The notes beneath the pieces were generated by a model, which saw only the letters and a program-made list of their open reading frames with translations, did no database searches and had not been told where the DNA came from. This document shows, piece after piece, positions 1 to 12,432 of a stretch of 64,000 nucleotides of DNA. Position 1 is the first letter of the stretch; the number at the start of each line of letters is the position of its first letter. Position numbers and translations under genes: made by a program. The stretch is from Macrostomum lignano (taxonomy: Eukaryota). The stretch lies in NCBI GenBank assembly GCA_002269645.1, contig NIVC01001945.1:155512-219511 (forward strand), in the 5' to 3' direction.

Positions 1-3000
1 ACTCAGATGAATGTTGGACGCCTCGCCGGACCAGTTGTAGAGTGCCTGAAAAATAAATGAGGCTTGAAAGCGGCGGTTCAATTATTTATTATCGATAATC
101 GAGATTACCGGAAAAACACTTGCTTATTAGCTGGGTTTGCCTGGTGTATATTTATAGCAAAATTAACGGTGTTCTGGAAATTTCTTTAGAATTATAACAA
201 AGATACAACGTTATAATGTAAACTGTAGCTAATACGGATAAATGCGTTGAATAAGAATATGGCTAATAATTAAACTATAAGATATGTAAAGGTTCCGCGT
301 AGAAATATTTTGTTATGGAAATTCGAAGAAAAATGCAGAAATTTCTTTTACTTAATTTGGAAATTTTACTCGTATAGAATGCGCGAAGGGGAAAGGAAAC
401 TTCTAGAAACTAGGTACATTGGAATAACATCGCTACATGTATACTATTATGTCACCTCTCTTGTTATATTTTGGTTTCCCTTTTGTTTATATTATAGAAT
501 AGGGGTTGGCAACCTTTTCCCACTTAAGGACCAAATAAGGTTTTGGCCCTGATGAGGACCAAGCATTTTTTGCCACAATATAGAGCTATCCCCTTTACCC
601 CCTTTGTGGTCTTTACCTCTAGAATCTAATTTCTGATTGTATCACTAACAGGCTAGAATATTTGATATTGAAGAACTAAAACTAAAAAATAAGTTTATTA
701 TAATTTGATGCATTATTAGAAAATCCAATTCTACTATATAGTCAGCCCTATCAATGTATATTTGTATCTCTGTTGTTGGCCTAGCTAGCTTTACCACCCC
801 ACCTTCACTACTAGTTAATGAAAACAAAGTCTTTTCGCCCCAGTGAGCTTTGGGGTTGGAATTTTATAATACCTAGTGTTGTATCGATTATTTAAAGACT
901 TTCAAGGCATTATTAACGCTGATGCTCCTAATATTTTGCGTCGTGTCATACATAAAGTTAGCCTAATAGATAAAGTAGGGCGAGAGTTGTAAAATGTCTC
1001 TAACGTCAAATGATTTATAGGAAGGGAATTAGGGATGTCGATTCCCCAGGGAATTATCTTATCGGGGACCCCGGTGAAAAGAAAAAATAAGTAAAAATGG
1101 CGGATCACTTAGATTGTAAGTGGAATTTTTTAAACTTTGATTTAAGCTTTGTACTACATGTTCAAGGCGCAGGGGTAAAAATTTTAAACAATGTTTTTTT
1201 AAACTGTATTTGACAATGTGGCATCACGAAATCGTGCGCGCACCTTTATCGGAAAAGTGCATTTGTTGGAATGCATGCTAAACAGCTACGCTCGTGAGAG
1301 GATAATTAATGAATGAGACTGTTTTTATAATCGGAATTTTATTTCTTGCATATATATGTAAATCACCATTTTGTCCTTGTCTAATAGGGAGTATATGTAT
1401 GACACCCCCCTATGCGTCAGTGCCTGACGCATGACGCAGCGCTGCGCCTGCATCAAGCCGTCAACGCAGACCAACACAGCAGTCACTATTCAGTAAGGCT
1501 TCTTTTTCCTGACGGGTTTCTTTTCTACGTGCAATTTGCTTGATTGAATGACTTATTAGTGAAAAAACAATCAAACGTGTGTTGTGTTTCAAATACATGT
1601 AATGCATTGAAATAAGCAATTATGCAGTAAAAGAGCATAGACAGAGTTTCAATCAGCTTTCTGTGAATCAGTTTCTTATTTTAATGGCAAAAATTAAGTT
1701 ACAAATGCATTTTTTCATATTTTTTCTCCCCAGGGTCCCCGGTTAAATTCCCCGGAGAGTATTCCCCGACAAGCTCCCCGGGGAGCACTCCCGGGGTCAA
1801 CATCCCTAGAAGGGAAACTACGAGCATAAGTTCTGCAACACATATACAAGTAGCTAAGCATTAATAGACGCACTGCACCGATAAAATGTAATGGAATTGC
1901 TCGAATCACCGACACCAAGACCCATAAAACTGGAGAAACTGGCAGGATATAGTAGATACATGTAGGTCAGAATCAGAAGTGATCATGGGTGGGTGGGTCA
2001 AGTGATCATGGGTTCGACCTCGATTGTATTATTCCTTCTTAATCTTATGCAATTAATTGTAAATTAGGTATGAAGTAACAGTAATTATCCTTGACCATGC
2101 TAGAGTAAAGACAAGTCAAAGTCAAGTTAATAAAAATAGACACACAGTGTAACAATAACAATGGTTTTTAGAGCCATTTTTCTTGTCTGTGTTTGTCTTT
2201 GTACATACATGTACATTTGGGAAGACTTATCTGGACCCAATCCCTTCTTATTCTACATGTACGCTGTTTTGGGTATGGGGGTTAGAGTTGGGCCGTCTGA
2301 CACCCCCTCCCCCCCCCCTACCATAGTGGACTGGAGAGAAAGAAGCACATGCTATCGCTATTGGCTAGCCTGTCGTTCTCTTTCTCTTTACCTTCTGTCT
2401 TGTGTAGCGTACACTATCCAATGCACAAGGCCCAACTTTCCACTAAAGGAAGGTTCATATAGTCCGCCCATGGGCTTCCTCTTGCTTTCGCGTACACTCA
2501 AGGCCACTCACTCTCAACACCAGCCACTAGAGGCTTGTTTTAAATAATCGATCGATAATATTAAATGTACACTTGAAAGCTTGCTTTGGATCCTAGCAGA
2601 AGGGGGAGAAAGTGGCCAAGGCCACCACACCCCACAAGGCAGGCAGGCCGGCCCGAGTGCGATAACGAATGACAAAAAAATAGAAAAGTACAATTTACAC
2701 ATCAACTTTCAATACAATAAATACAATAATAGGTACGGTATTAATGACAGTGTATTTTCGCACAAAGTAGCTACGTTCAAACCACCAGCACGTAAACAGC
2801 TAAAATTTCACTGTTTATGAAATTTTATAAAATTTAACACATCATTTTAGATATTGAAAACTTTTAAAGGAGGGTATTACTGTTGCATGTGACTATAAAA
2901 TCGTGGTAGGTATAGCTGATGATGAAACTGGTGATTGGTATCTAGCTTTTTTGATAACTTAGCCGGTTAGACCCCGAAATAGCTATTGTAATTTGTAACG

Positions 3001-3984
3001 CTGGAGCCAAATACAAATACAATGGAGCAATTAGTTTCTCTCAAATCTGTCTCTGCCAGTGCCAGTTTAGTCCATAGTAAGTAACCAAAGTAAAATACCC
3101 ATTAGTGGTCCCGTTTCTAATGTTTATAAATATTAAGCTTCAGTTTACTTTTGGCACAGTATGCAATTTTGAAAATTCACCCTAATAACGGTTTGCACCA
3201 GCAGGAAAGCAACTATTTTGTTGTTGGAAATCGGATTAAGCAGTCAAAAGAGTGTATTTCTATGAAAAAAGGTACTTTTTTTCCATTTTTTCAAATATTT
3301 AAACAGGTTTCGCTCTTTCAATAAAAAAATCATCGCAGTACCTTAAAGTACAGTTAGTTTGGAATTAGATGACGGCGTTGAATTGTTTCTTCCATATTCC
3401 AAAAATTATAATGAGCACTTTTCCTCAAATCAGTTTGAGATCATGATTTTTAGTCTTTCGTCGATAACTTTCTGATTTCAAATGTTTAAGAATTGAAAAC
3501 TTCCACACTTGTGTATCTTTGAATTGCGCATCAATTGGTGCATAGTATGTATGCTTAACTATTAGCAGTATAGAAAAAAATGCAAAAAAACTGTAAAAGT
3601 ACATTTTCAATTTTTGCATTTTTTGCAACCAAAGTGCCAACTTTTTGATACAATTGAAAAAAACAACCCAATAATGTTATGCATCTTAGTAAGGCGCACC
3701 TATAACCCTCGAACATTTTTAGCTCGAGTTTTAATGTGCATGAGGAAATGCACTTTTGTAAAGACATAATCTTAAGACAAACATTTCAACTGAAGCCTGT
3801 TCCTTTTCTCCGCAGTGAATCCATACAAAACTATACTCGTTAAATAGATCAGATTCTTCTCTTTAAAATGACACCTCACTTGTGAAATTCGCACTTGTAG
3901 TTTTGAAGTTACAGCAGTTTTTGTGAGATTTTTCTTGTCATTTTTTCGATGCACACGTCTCATATTATTATATTCGTCACAAGC

Positions 3985-4144
3985 CAGACCACCCAATGCG
4001 CTTCGCGCATTGGCTGGCTGTTTGTTCCTCATGCTCGGCACTTTGTGCCTCGCGCGTTCGCTCCGCTCACCCCACAAACCCAAGGACACGCGCTTCGCGC
4101 GTGTCCTTGGGTTTGTGGGTTTCGCGGAGCTCACTGGGAACTAG
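3985..4144 (+). mobile_element. Helitron-type 3' terminus (two hairpins followed by CTAG|T); 5' end not located
   Basis: Perfect 23-bp stem CCCACAAACCCAAGGACACGCGC-TTC-GCGCGTGTCCTTGGGTTTGTGGG (4071-4119), extendable by GCTCCGC/GCGGAGC (4060-4066/4124-4130). It ends 10 nt before CTAG (4141-4144), which is followed by T. A second hairpin CCAATGCGC-TTC-GCGCATTGG lies just upstream. Confidence 0.65.
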
Positions 4145-4741
4145 TTCCCCTATTTCTATTCTATTCAAAGTTTGAACTGATATGCTATTTGTCTAGACTT
4201 TGTAAGAATCCACTAATATATTCAGTTTATATCTCATTACTCATTTATCATTAAAATTGATAATTGAGGGAAGGAATTCCCCATTTTCAGAAGACAAAAA
4301 TATTGTAGGCCAAATAATGAAGTTAGGCCTATTGTAAAGGTGCAAGCTAGATTATAATAATAAAGACATTAAGTTTGTGGGCCATATAGAAAGTATTTGC
4401 AAGCCAGATCTAGCCCACAGACTAAAGTTGTTAATTCCTATTATAGAACCTCTCTTATCTATATTTTGTTGCCCTTCTCATCTATATTATAGTCCCTCTT
4501 ATCTATATTTTTGAGTCTCTCTTATCCATATTATAGTGGCCCCTTTTGTCTATATTATGGTGCCCTTCCTATCTATATTATGTTATCCCTTTTGTATACA
4601 TCATGGCACCCCTACTCTTATAGCTAAAATCTACCTCCTTATTTTTATTATTCCTAATCCATTTCTATATTGTACATAGTATGTAATATATAAATTAATA
4701 TTGCTTTGCATAGTCATCAATTGTCCCTGGTATATATTAGA

Positions 4742-5344
4742 CAAGCTGTTGAAACCCGCGGATTTTGAACCCGGGGAATTCCAATCCCCGGAACTACTTT
4801 TGCATGTATTCTGAAATCTAAGGCCATCTAACACAAACAAATTAATGTTAGTAGGATAGAGGTAGACATAAAATGGAGCACATTCGTGTAAAATTAGGGT
4901 TTGAGGCAAACGTTGATATTGTTTGCTGGGGTACTCCACAGAATGCCAGGCAATGTCTGTCTGACTCTAAAACATGTATTGGCAAACTCTGGCCTCTCCC
5001 TGACTCTCCCTATGTCCCTTGGATCCTTTAAAATTTCTATCGTCTCTCTGTTTCCTTTCTTCTCTCTCATCCCTCGTCTCTCGTCTCTCCTCTCTCTTCT
5101 CTCCTCTCTTCTCTCGTATCTTCCCTCATCTCTCTTATCTCATCTCTTCCCTATTCTTTTCTCTCTCCTCTCCTCTCTCCTTTCTACTTTTCGTTTTCTC
5201 TCTGCTCTCCTCTCTCCTCTCTACTCTCTCGTTTTCTCTCTCCTCTCCTCTCTCCTCTCTCCCATCTTTTTCGTATATTCCCTCATCTTTCTTCTCTTTC
5301 ATATCTCTTATCTCATCTCTTCCCTCTTCTTTTCTCTCTCCTCT

Positions 5345-5439
<95 letters not shown>

Positions 5440-7265
5440 CTCTCTCCTCTCCCATCTCTCTTCTCCTCTCTACTCTCTCCCCTCTTCATTCTCCTACTTC
5501 CTCTTCTCTCTCCCTGTCTCTCCTCTCTCCTCTAGTCTCTGTAATCTCTTCTCTCTTATCTCTTCTCTGTTCTCTCTACTCTCCCATCTCTCGTCTGTTC
5601 ATCTGCTCTCTCATCTGTCATCTTTACTCTCTTATACGTTCTCTCACTTATCTCCTCTGTACTCTTCTCTTTCACCTCTTCTGACTCCTCTCTTTCCTTA
5701 CTCCTTTATTCTTTTCTCTTCCCTCTTCTATACTCTCTCTCCTCTATTATCTTCTCTCGTCTCTCTGCACTCTCCTCTCACCTTTTTCATCTCTCATCTT
5801 TACTCTCTCATCTCTCCTTTCATCTGTCTCATCTCTACAATCTCATCTCTTTCCTCTCTCCTCCTCTTCCCTTTACTCTCTCATCTCTCCTTTCTCCCCT
5901 CTTCTTTCACCACTCTCTTATCTCTATCTCTTCTCTTCTCACTCCTCTCTCCCCCTCTTATCCCCTCTCTTCTCTATCCTTTCTACTCTCTCCTCTCTAA
6001 TCTCTCCTCTCCTCTTGACCCTCTGTCATCTTCTTTCTGCTCTCTCATCTCTACTCTCTTCTCAATCTTCTCTACTCTCCTCTCTCATCGATCCTCTGTC
6101 TCATCTCTCCCCTCTTCTCACCTTTACTCTTTCCTCTCCTTCCTTTCTCCCCTCCTCTCGCTTCTTCCTCCCTTCTTCTCTGCTCTCTCCTCACCACTTT
6201 TCCCTTTCACTCTCATCTGGCCCGCAGCCATGAGCTGGATTCTTTATCTGGCCTTTGAGATAAAAATCTGCCAATCCCTGCTTCGAAAGTACTATCATGG
6301 GACGTAGTACTATCATGGTTGTTATCATTTCTCATGCTTTAATCACGTCATCTTTCTGGCCAATTAGCAGCCCTGAGAGGAATTTGTGTATCTCCATTCT
6401 CCAGCTCCACCACCACAGTCTGCAGCAGTCTAACAACCAAGGAAATGCGTATTTCTTAGGAGGCCATTTAAATTTTAAAGTTACCTTATGCGAATCTTAA
6501 TGTTAAAATTTTCATGGTGTAACTAATTTAGTAGGATTGCATTGTAATCAGTTATTCATTAATTTTTCGCTATTTTTATAAACCATCCCACATCGCCTTG
6601 ATTTGCCATCCTTGTTTAACTGCTGCAGACTTGTCTATTCAGAGGACAGTGGTTTGAAATTGAATCTCTCGCTAAACTCTCTCCTCTCCACGCCTCTCCA
6701 CTCGCGGGGTACAGAGAAGGCTATTAAAAAGTTATTCCAAAACACTGTACATTCGCTATGTACATTGAGCCCTATCGCCTGACCCTTCGTCTGGGGAATG
6801 AGTTGGATGAGCGGCAAACAACAGAAAAAGCAGACAAACTTCACATGCTTACAGTTTCTGTCCTGATTGAGATACAGAGTTGAGCCTTTACATGTAGGCA
6901 GAGAATGAATCAATAAAGAATTGTGTCAAATTTGAAGTCAATCGCTTCACGTGGAGCAAAACTATGGCAGCCGAAAGTTAGGCATTTTAAAACCTATTCA
7001 CACCCTTTGCCCAGATCGGGAAAGAGAGGCAGGCGGGCGGAGGTTGGGGTGGTTGCTACGCTGATAAAAAAACAGCCTAACTTTAAAAGTGCACAGCACC
7101 GCTCAGGATTAACTTTGAGACTCGAAATTTTACATGATTGTGCCAAAATAGTTGAAGATTATCTGTGTCAAATTTAAAGAGAATCGGTAGAAGTGGAGCG
7201 GCGCTATGGAGGATTTAATAAAAAAATCGCGCATTTTGAGCAGTTTTTTGTACTTTTAGGTAGGA
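4742..7265 (-). mobile_element. Family-1 Helitron copy A, 3' part (5' part at 23612-23770)
   Basis: Colinear with copies B and C up to TTTTAGGTAGGA. The continuation AGACTCAAATTTAGGAAA.. resumes at 23612. Confidence 0.8.
4995..6215. repeat. CT-rich low-complexity tract with (CT)n core, inside Helitron copy A
   Basis: Almost pure pyrimidine on +; perfect (CT)n around 5348-5435. Confidence 0.9.
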
Positions 7266-7607
7266 CTAGCGCCCCCTTCGGGGTGGCCAATAAGCAAGGG
7301 ACGAATCCTTTAAAATGAAAAAAAATTCTTAGGGAGGGGGGCTAGAAATCGAATTCTCATTTTAATTCCAGGCTTATGTACCAATAAAACATGCTTGTGC
7401 AGAATTTTATAACAGACATTGAAATTCAACAATACTTGCCTTCTTTCAGAGCTACTTCTACCAGTATGCTTCAGTACGCTACCAGTACCCTTGTAAGCCT
7501 TGACATGTCAGCAATCCCCCCCCACAAGCCTTAACATATCAACTCCCCCCTTGACGTCTCAGCGATGCTCCCATAAGCCTTGAAATCTTAAAAAATCTGT
7601 CTACTTT

Positions 7608-7642
7608 CTAACCCTAACCCTAACCCTAACCCTAACCCTAAA
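7608..7642. repeat. Interstitial telomeric repeat (CCCTAA)x5
   Basis: CTAACCCTAACCCTAACCCTAACCCTAACCCTAAA; a degenerate sister copy lies near 8035-8082. Confidence 0.8.
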
Positions 7643-8479
7643 GCATTGAAATTTCAGTAATTCTCTCTAAGAGTCATTATAGCACTACTACAGCATTATA
7701 GCGATTCCCTGCAAGCCTCGACATCGTAGGGATTCCCAAATGAATCTCTTAACTTCGACATGAAGCTTCTTTTATTTTTTACATTACGCCTTTTCTATCA
7801 GCGATCCCTCCCGTGAGGAGCCAACAAATAATGTAATAACTTTTTTCCAATAAACTACATGTAGCTTCTGACATTAGCCTTGACATCTCATTTATTCCCC
7901 CGTGAGCCTTGACATCTCAGCTATAGATAGATAGATAGATAGATTCCCCTCGTAAGCCTTGACATGTCAGCGATGCCCCCCATAAACCTTGATATCTGAA
8001 AAATCCCCTGTTAACCTTGAAACCCGCTAAAATCTAACCCTCAACCCAAACCTGACGTAAACCTAACTTTCACCCAACCTAAAGCCTTGAAATCACAGCA
8101 ATTCTTCTTCCCTAAGCCTTGGCATTTAAATGATTCCTTCTTTAAGAATCACAGCACTATAACGATTCCCTCCAAGCTTTGACATCGTAGCAATTCCCAA
8201 ATGAATCTTTTAACTTTGACATGACTTTTATTTTATGTATACATAGTGCTTCTTTTCTTTTTTACATGACTCTTCTTCTATCAGCGCCCCCCCCGTGGCG
8301 AGCCAACAAAGAATGCAATAAAAAAACTTAAGTAAAGTACATGAACTTGAAGTAGCTTCTGACTTTTGCTTTAACATCTCAGAAACCCCCCTGTAATCTC
8401 AGTTATTCTCTGTGAGCCTTGACGTCTCAGTAATTCTCCCCAACACAGCACTATAGCTTCATTTAATTTTTACATGACA

Positions 8480-9520
8480 CTTGTTTCATGTCTGACATGA
8501 CGCTTCTTTTGATTTTTACATGACGATTCTTTTATTCTTCCATGATGCTTCTTAATTTTTTAAATGACACTTTCATTAGTTTTTATATGAGGCTTCTATT
8601 ATTTTTTCATGACGCTTCTATGTTAACATGACTCTTCTATGCTTGTTTACATGACGCTTTTATGATTGTTTACATGACGCTTCTATGATTGTTTACATGA
8701 CGCTTGTATGATTGTTTACATGACGCTTCTATGATTTTTTACATGACGCTTCTATGATTTTTACATGACGCTTCTATGATTTTTACATGACACTTCTATG
8801 ATTTTTTCATGACGCTTCTATGATTTTTACATGACGCTTCTATGATTGTTTACATGACGCTTCTATGATTTTTTATGACGCTTGTATGACTGTTTACATG
8901 ACGCTTCTATGATTTTTTATGACGCTTTTATGATTGTTTACATGACGCTTCTATGATTGTTTACATGACGCTTCTATGATTGTTTACATGACGCTTCTAT
9001 GATTTTTATGACGCTTTTATGATTGTTTACATGACGCTTGTATGATTGTTTACATGACGCTTCTATGATTGTTTACATGACGCTTGTATGATTGTTTACA
9101 TGACGCTTCTATGATTTTTTATGACGCTTTTATGATTTTAACATGACGCTTCTATGATTTTTTACATGACGCTTCTATGATTGTTTACATGACGCTTGTA
9201 TGATTGTTTACATGACGCTTGTATGATTTTAACATGACGCTTCTATGATTGTTTACATTACGCTTCTATGATTGCTTGCATGACGCTTCTATGATTTTTT
9301 ATGACGCTTTTATGATTTTAACATGACGCTTCTATGATTTTTTTACATGACGCTTCTATGATTGTTTACATGACACTTGTATGATTGTTTACATGACGCT
9401 TTTATGATTTTAACATGACGCTTCTATGATTGTTTACATTACGCTTCTATGATTGCTTGCATGACGCTTCTATGATTTTTTACATAACGATTCTATGATT
9501 TTTTACATTACGCTTCCATA
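8480..9520. repeat. ~23-bp minisatellite (TTTACATGACGCTTCTATGATTG)
   Basis: Direct reading; 21-24 bp variants. Confidence 0.9.
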
Positions 9521-9669
9521 ATTTTTTTTGTCTTGGCGTTAAAAAGCTTTAATTAAAAAAAACTCTACTCTCTAAAAATTCGAACCATCGTCCCTGCATT
9601 TAGCAGTTTAGTCTGTTTACCTCTAGGCTAGCTCTCATAAATTTTAGTCATTACCCCTAAATAGAAAAT

Positions 9670-9930
9670 ATTCCCAAGACAGCAAGCATCCCCCAGTAGC
9701 AAGCATCCTTTAATACTCCTAGCAAGCATCTACCCAGATAGCAAGCATCTGCAGATAGCAAGCATCTGCAGATAGCAAGCATCTTGCAGATAGCAAGCAT
9801 ACCCCAAATAATGTAGAAGCATCCTTCCAGATAGCAAGCATCCCCCAAATAATGTAGAAGCATCCTTCCAGATAGCAAGCATCCTGCACATAGCAAGAAT
9901 CCCTAAATAGCAAGCATCCCTGGATAGAAA
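9670..9930. repeat. ~18-bp repeat (CAGATAGCAAGCATCCCC), degenerate
   Basis: The same unit recurs at 13210-13355. Confidence 0.8.
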
Positions 9931-9949
9931 TAATCCTATACATGTAGCC

Positions 9950-12432
9950 AAGCTTATCAAGCGCAGTAATCCTTGGCTATCGAGTGCAGTAATTCTTGGT
10001 TTGCCAAGTGCAGTAAGTAATCCTTGGTTTATTAATAGCAATAATCCATGGCTTATCGAGTGCAGTAAGTAATCCTTGGTTTATTAATAGCAATAATCCA
10101 TGGCTTATCGAGTGCAGTAATCCTTGGTTTATTAATAGCAATAATCCATGGCTTATCGAGTGCAGTAATTCTTGGTTTGCCAAGTGCAGTAAGTAATCCT
10201 TGGTTTATTAATAGCAATAATCCATGGCTTATCGAGTGCAGTAATCCTTGGTTTATTAATAGCAATAATCCTTGGCTTATCGAGTGCAGTAATCCTTGGT
10301 TCGGGTTGCATTAATCCTTGGTTTATTAATAGCAATAGTCCTTGGCTTATCGAGTGCATTATTCCTTGGTTTATTAATAGCAATAGTCCTTGGCTTATCG
10401 AGGGCAGTAATCCTTGGTTTATTAATAGCAATAATCCTTGATAAATCAAGTGCAGTAATCCTTGGTTTATTAATAGCAATAATCCTTGATAAATCAAGTG
10501 CAGTAATCCTTGGTTTATTAATAGCAATAGTCCTTGGCTTATCGAGTACAGTAATCCTTGGTTTGCCAAGTGCAGTAATCCTTGGTTTATTAATAGCAAT
10601 AATCCTTGGCTTATCGAGTGCAGTAATCCTTGGTTTATTAATAGCAATAATCCTTGGCTTATCGAGTGCAGTAATCCTTGGTTTGCCAAGTGCAGTAATC
10701 CTTGGTTTATTAATAGCAATAATCCTTGGCTTATCGAGTGCAATAATCCTTGGTTTATTATTAGCAATAATCCTTGGCTAATCGAGTGCAGTAATCCTTG
10801 GTTTGCCAAGTGCAGTAATCCTTGGTTTATTAATAGCAATAATCCTTGGCTTATCGAGTGCAGTAATCCTTGGTTTATTAATAGCAATAATCCTTGGCTT
10901 ATCGAGTGCAGTAATCCTTGGTTTATTAATAGCAATAATCCTTGATTAATAAAGTGCAGTAATCCTTGGTTTATTAATAGCAATAATCCTTGGCTTATCG
11001 AGTGCAGTAATCCTTGGTTTATTAATAGCAATAATCCTTGATTAATAAAGTGCATTAATCCTTGGTTTATTAATAGCAATAATCCTTGGCTTCTTGAGTG
11101 CAGTAATCCTTGGTTTATTAATAGCAATAATCCTTGGCTTATTGAGTGCAGTAATCCTTGGTTTGCCAGGAGCAATAGTCCTTGGTTTATCGAGTGCAGT
11201 AATCCTTGGTTTATTAATAGCAATAATCCTTGATTAATCAAGTGCATTAATCCTTGGTTTATTAATAGCAATAATCCTTGGCTTATTGAGTGCAGTAATC
11301 CTTGGTTTATTAATAGCAATAATCCTTGATAAATCAAGTGCAGTAATCCTTGGTTTATTAATAGCAATAGTCCTTGGCTTATCGAGTGCAGTAATCCTTG
11401 GTTTGCCAAGTGCAGTAATCCTTGGTTTATTATTAGCAATAATCCTTGGCTTATCGAGTGCAGTAATCCTTGGTTTGCCAAGTGCAGTAATCCTTGGTTT
11501 ATTAATAGCAATAATCCTTGGCTTATCGAGTGCAGTAATCCTTGGTTTATTAATAGCAATAATCCTTGGCTTATCGAGTGCAGTAATCCTTGGTTTGCCA
11601 AGTGCAGTAATCCTCGGTTTATTAATAGCAATAATCCTTGGCTTATCGAGTGCAGTAATCCTTGGTTTATTAATAGCAATAATCCTTGGCTTATCGAGTG
11701 CAGTAATCGTTGGTTTATTAATAGCAATAATCCTTGGCTTATTGAGTGCAGTAATCCTTGGTTTGCCAGGAGCAATAGTCCTTGGTTTATCGAGTGCAGT
11801 AATCCTTGGTTTATTAATAGCAATAATCCTTGATTAATCAAGTGCATTAATCCTTGTTTTATTAATAGCAATAATCCTTGTCTTCTTGAGTGCAGTAATC
11901 CTTGGTTTATTAATAGCAATAATCCTTGGCTTATCGAGTGCAGTAATCCTTGGTTTGCCAAGTACAGTAATCCTTGGTTTATTAATAGCAATAATCCTTG
12001 GCTTATCGAGTGCAGTAATCCTTGGTTTATTAATAGCAATAATCCTTGGCAATTATCGAGTGCAGTAATCGTTGGTTTGCCAAGAGCAATAGTCCTTGGT
12101 TTATTAAGTGCAGTAATCCTTGGTTTATTAATAGCAATAATCCTTGGCTTATCGAGTGCAGTAATCCTTGGTTTGCCAAGTGCAGTAATCCTTGGTTTAT
12201 TAATAGCAATAATCCTTGGCTTATCGAGTGCAGTAATCCTTGGTTTATTAATAGCAATAATCCTTGATTAATAAAGTGCATTAATCCTTGGTTTATTAAT
12301 AGCAATAATCCTTGATTAATCAAGTGCATTAATACTTGGTTTATTAATAGCAATAATCCTTGGCTTATTGAGTGCAGTAATCCTTGGTTTATTAATAGCA
12401 ATAATCCTTGGCTTATGGAGTGCAGTAATCTA
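9950..12432. repeat. 24-bp satellite with alternating variants (48- and 72-bp higher-order units)
   Basis: Monomers TCGAGTGCAGTAATCCTTGGTTTA, TTAATAGCAATAATCCTTGGCTTA and AGTGCAGTAATCCTTGGTTTGCCA. Confidence 0.95.

Noticed and set aside
500-514. TAGGGGTTGGCAACC, similar to hAT terminal repeats
   Set aside because: No matching right end or TSD was found in the window.
870-992. Plus-frame peptide ..FKDFQGIINADAPNILRRV resembling the TnpB/Fanzor RuvC-III NAD.NAA.NIL motif
   Set aside because: Only ~40 codons between stops, the motif spacing is wrong, and no zinc finger or other RuvC motifs were found nearby.
4901-6307. Long Leu/Ser-rich ORFs (also 24057-25385, 27917-28965)
   Set aside because: Translation of CT-rich tracts, which lack stop codons by composition.
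10153-12039. 628-aa repetitive ORF and hydrophobic antisense ORFs
   Set aside because: Products of a 24-bp satellite; no unique N- or C-terminal domain and no splice context.
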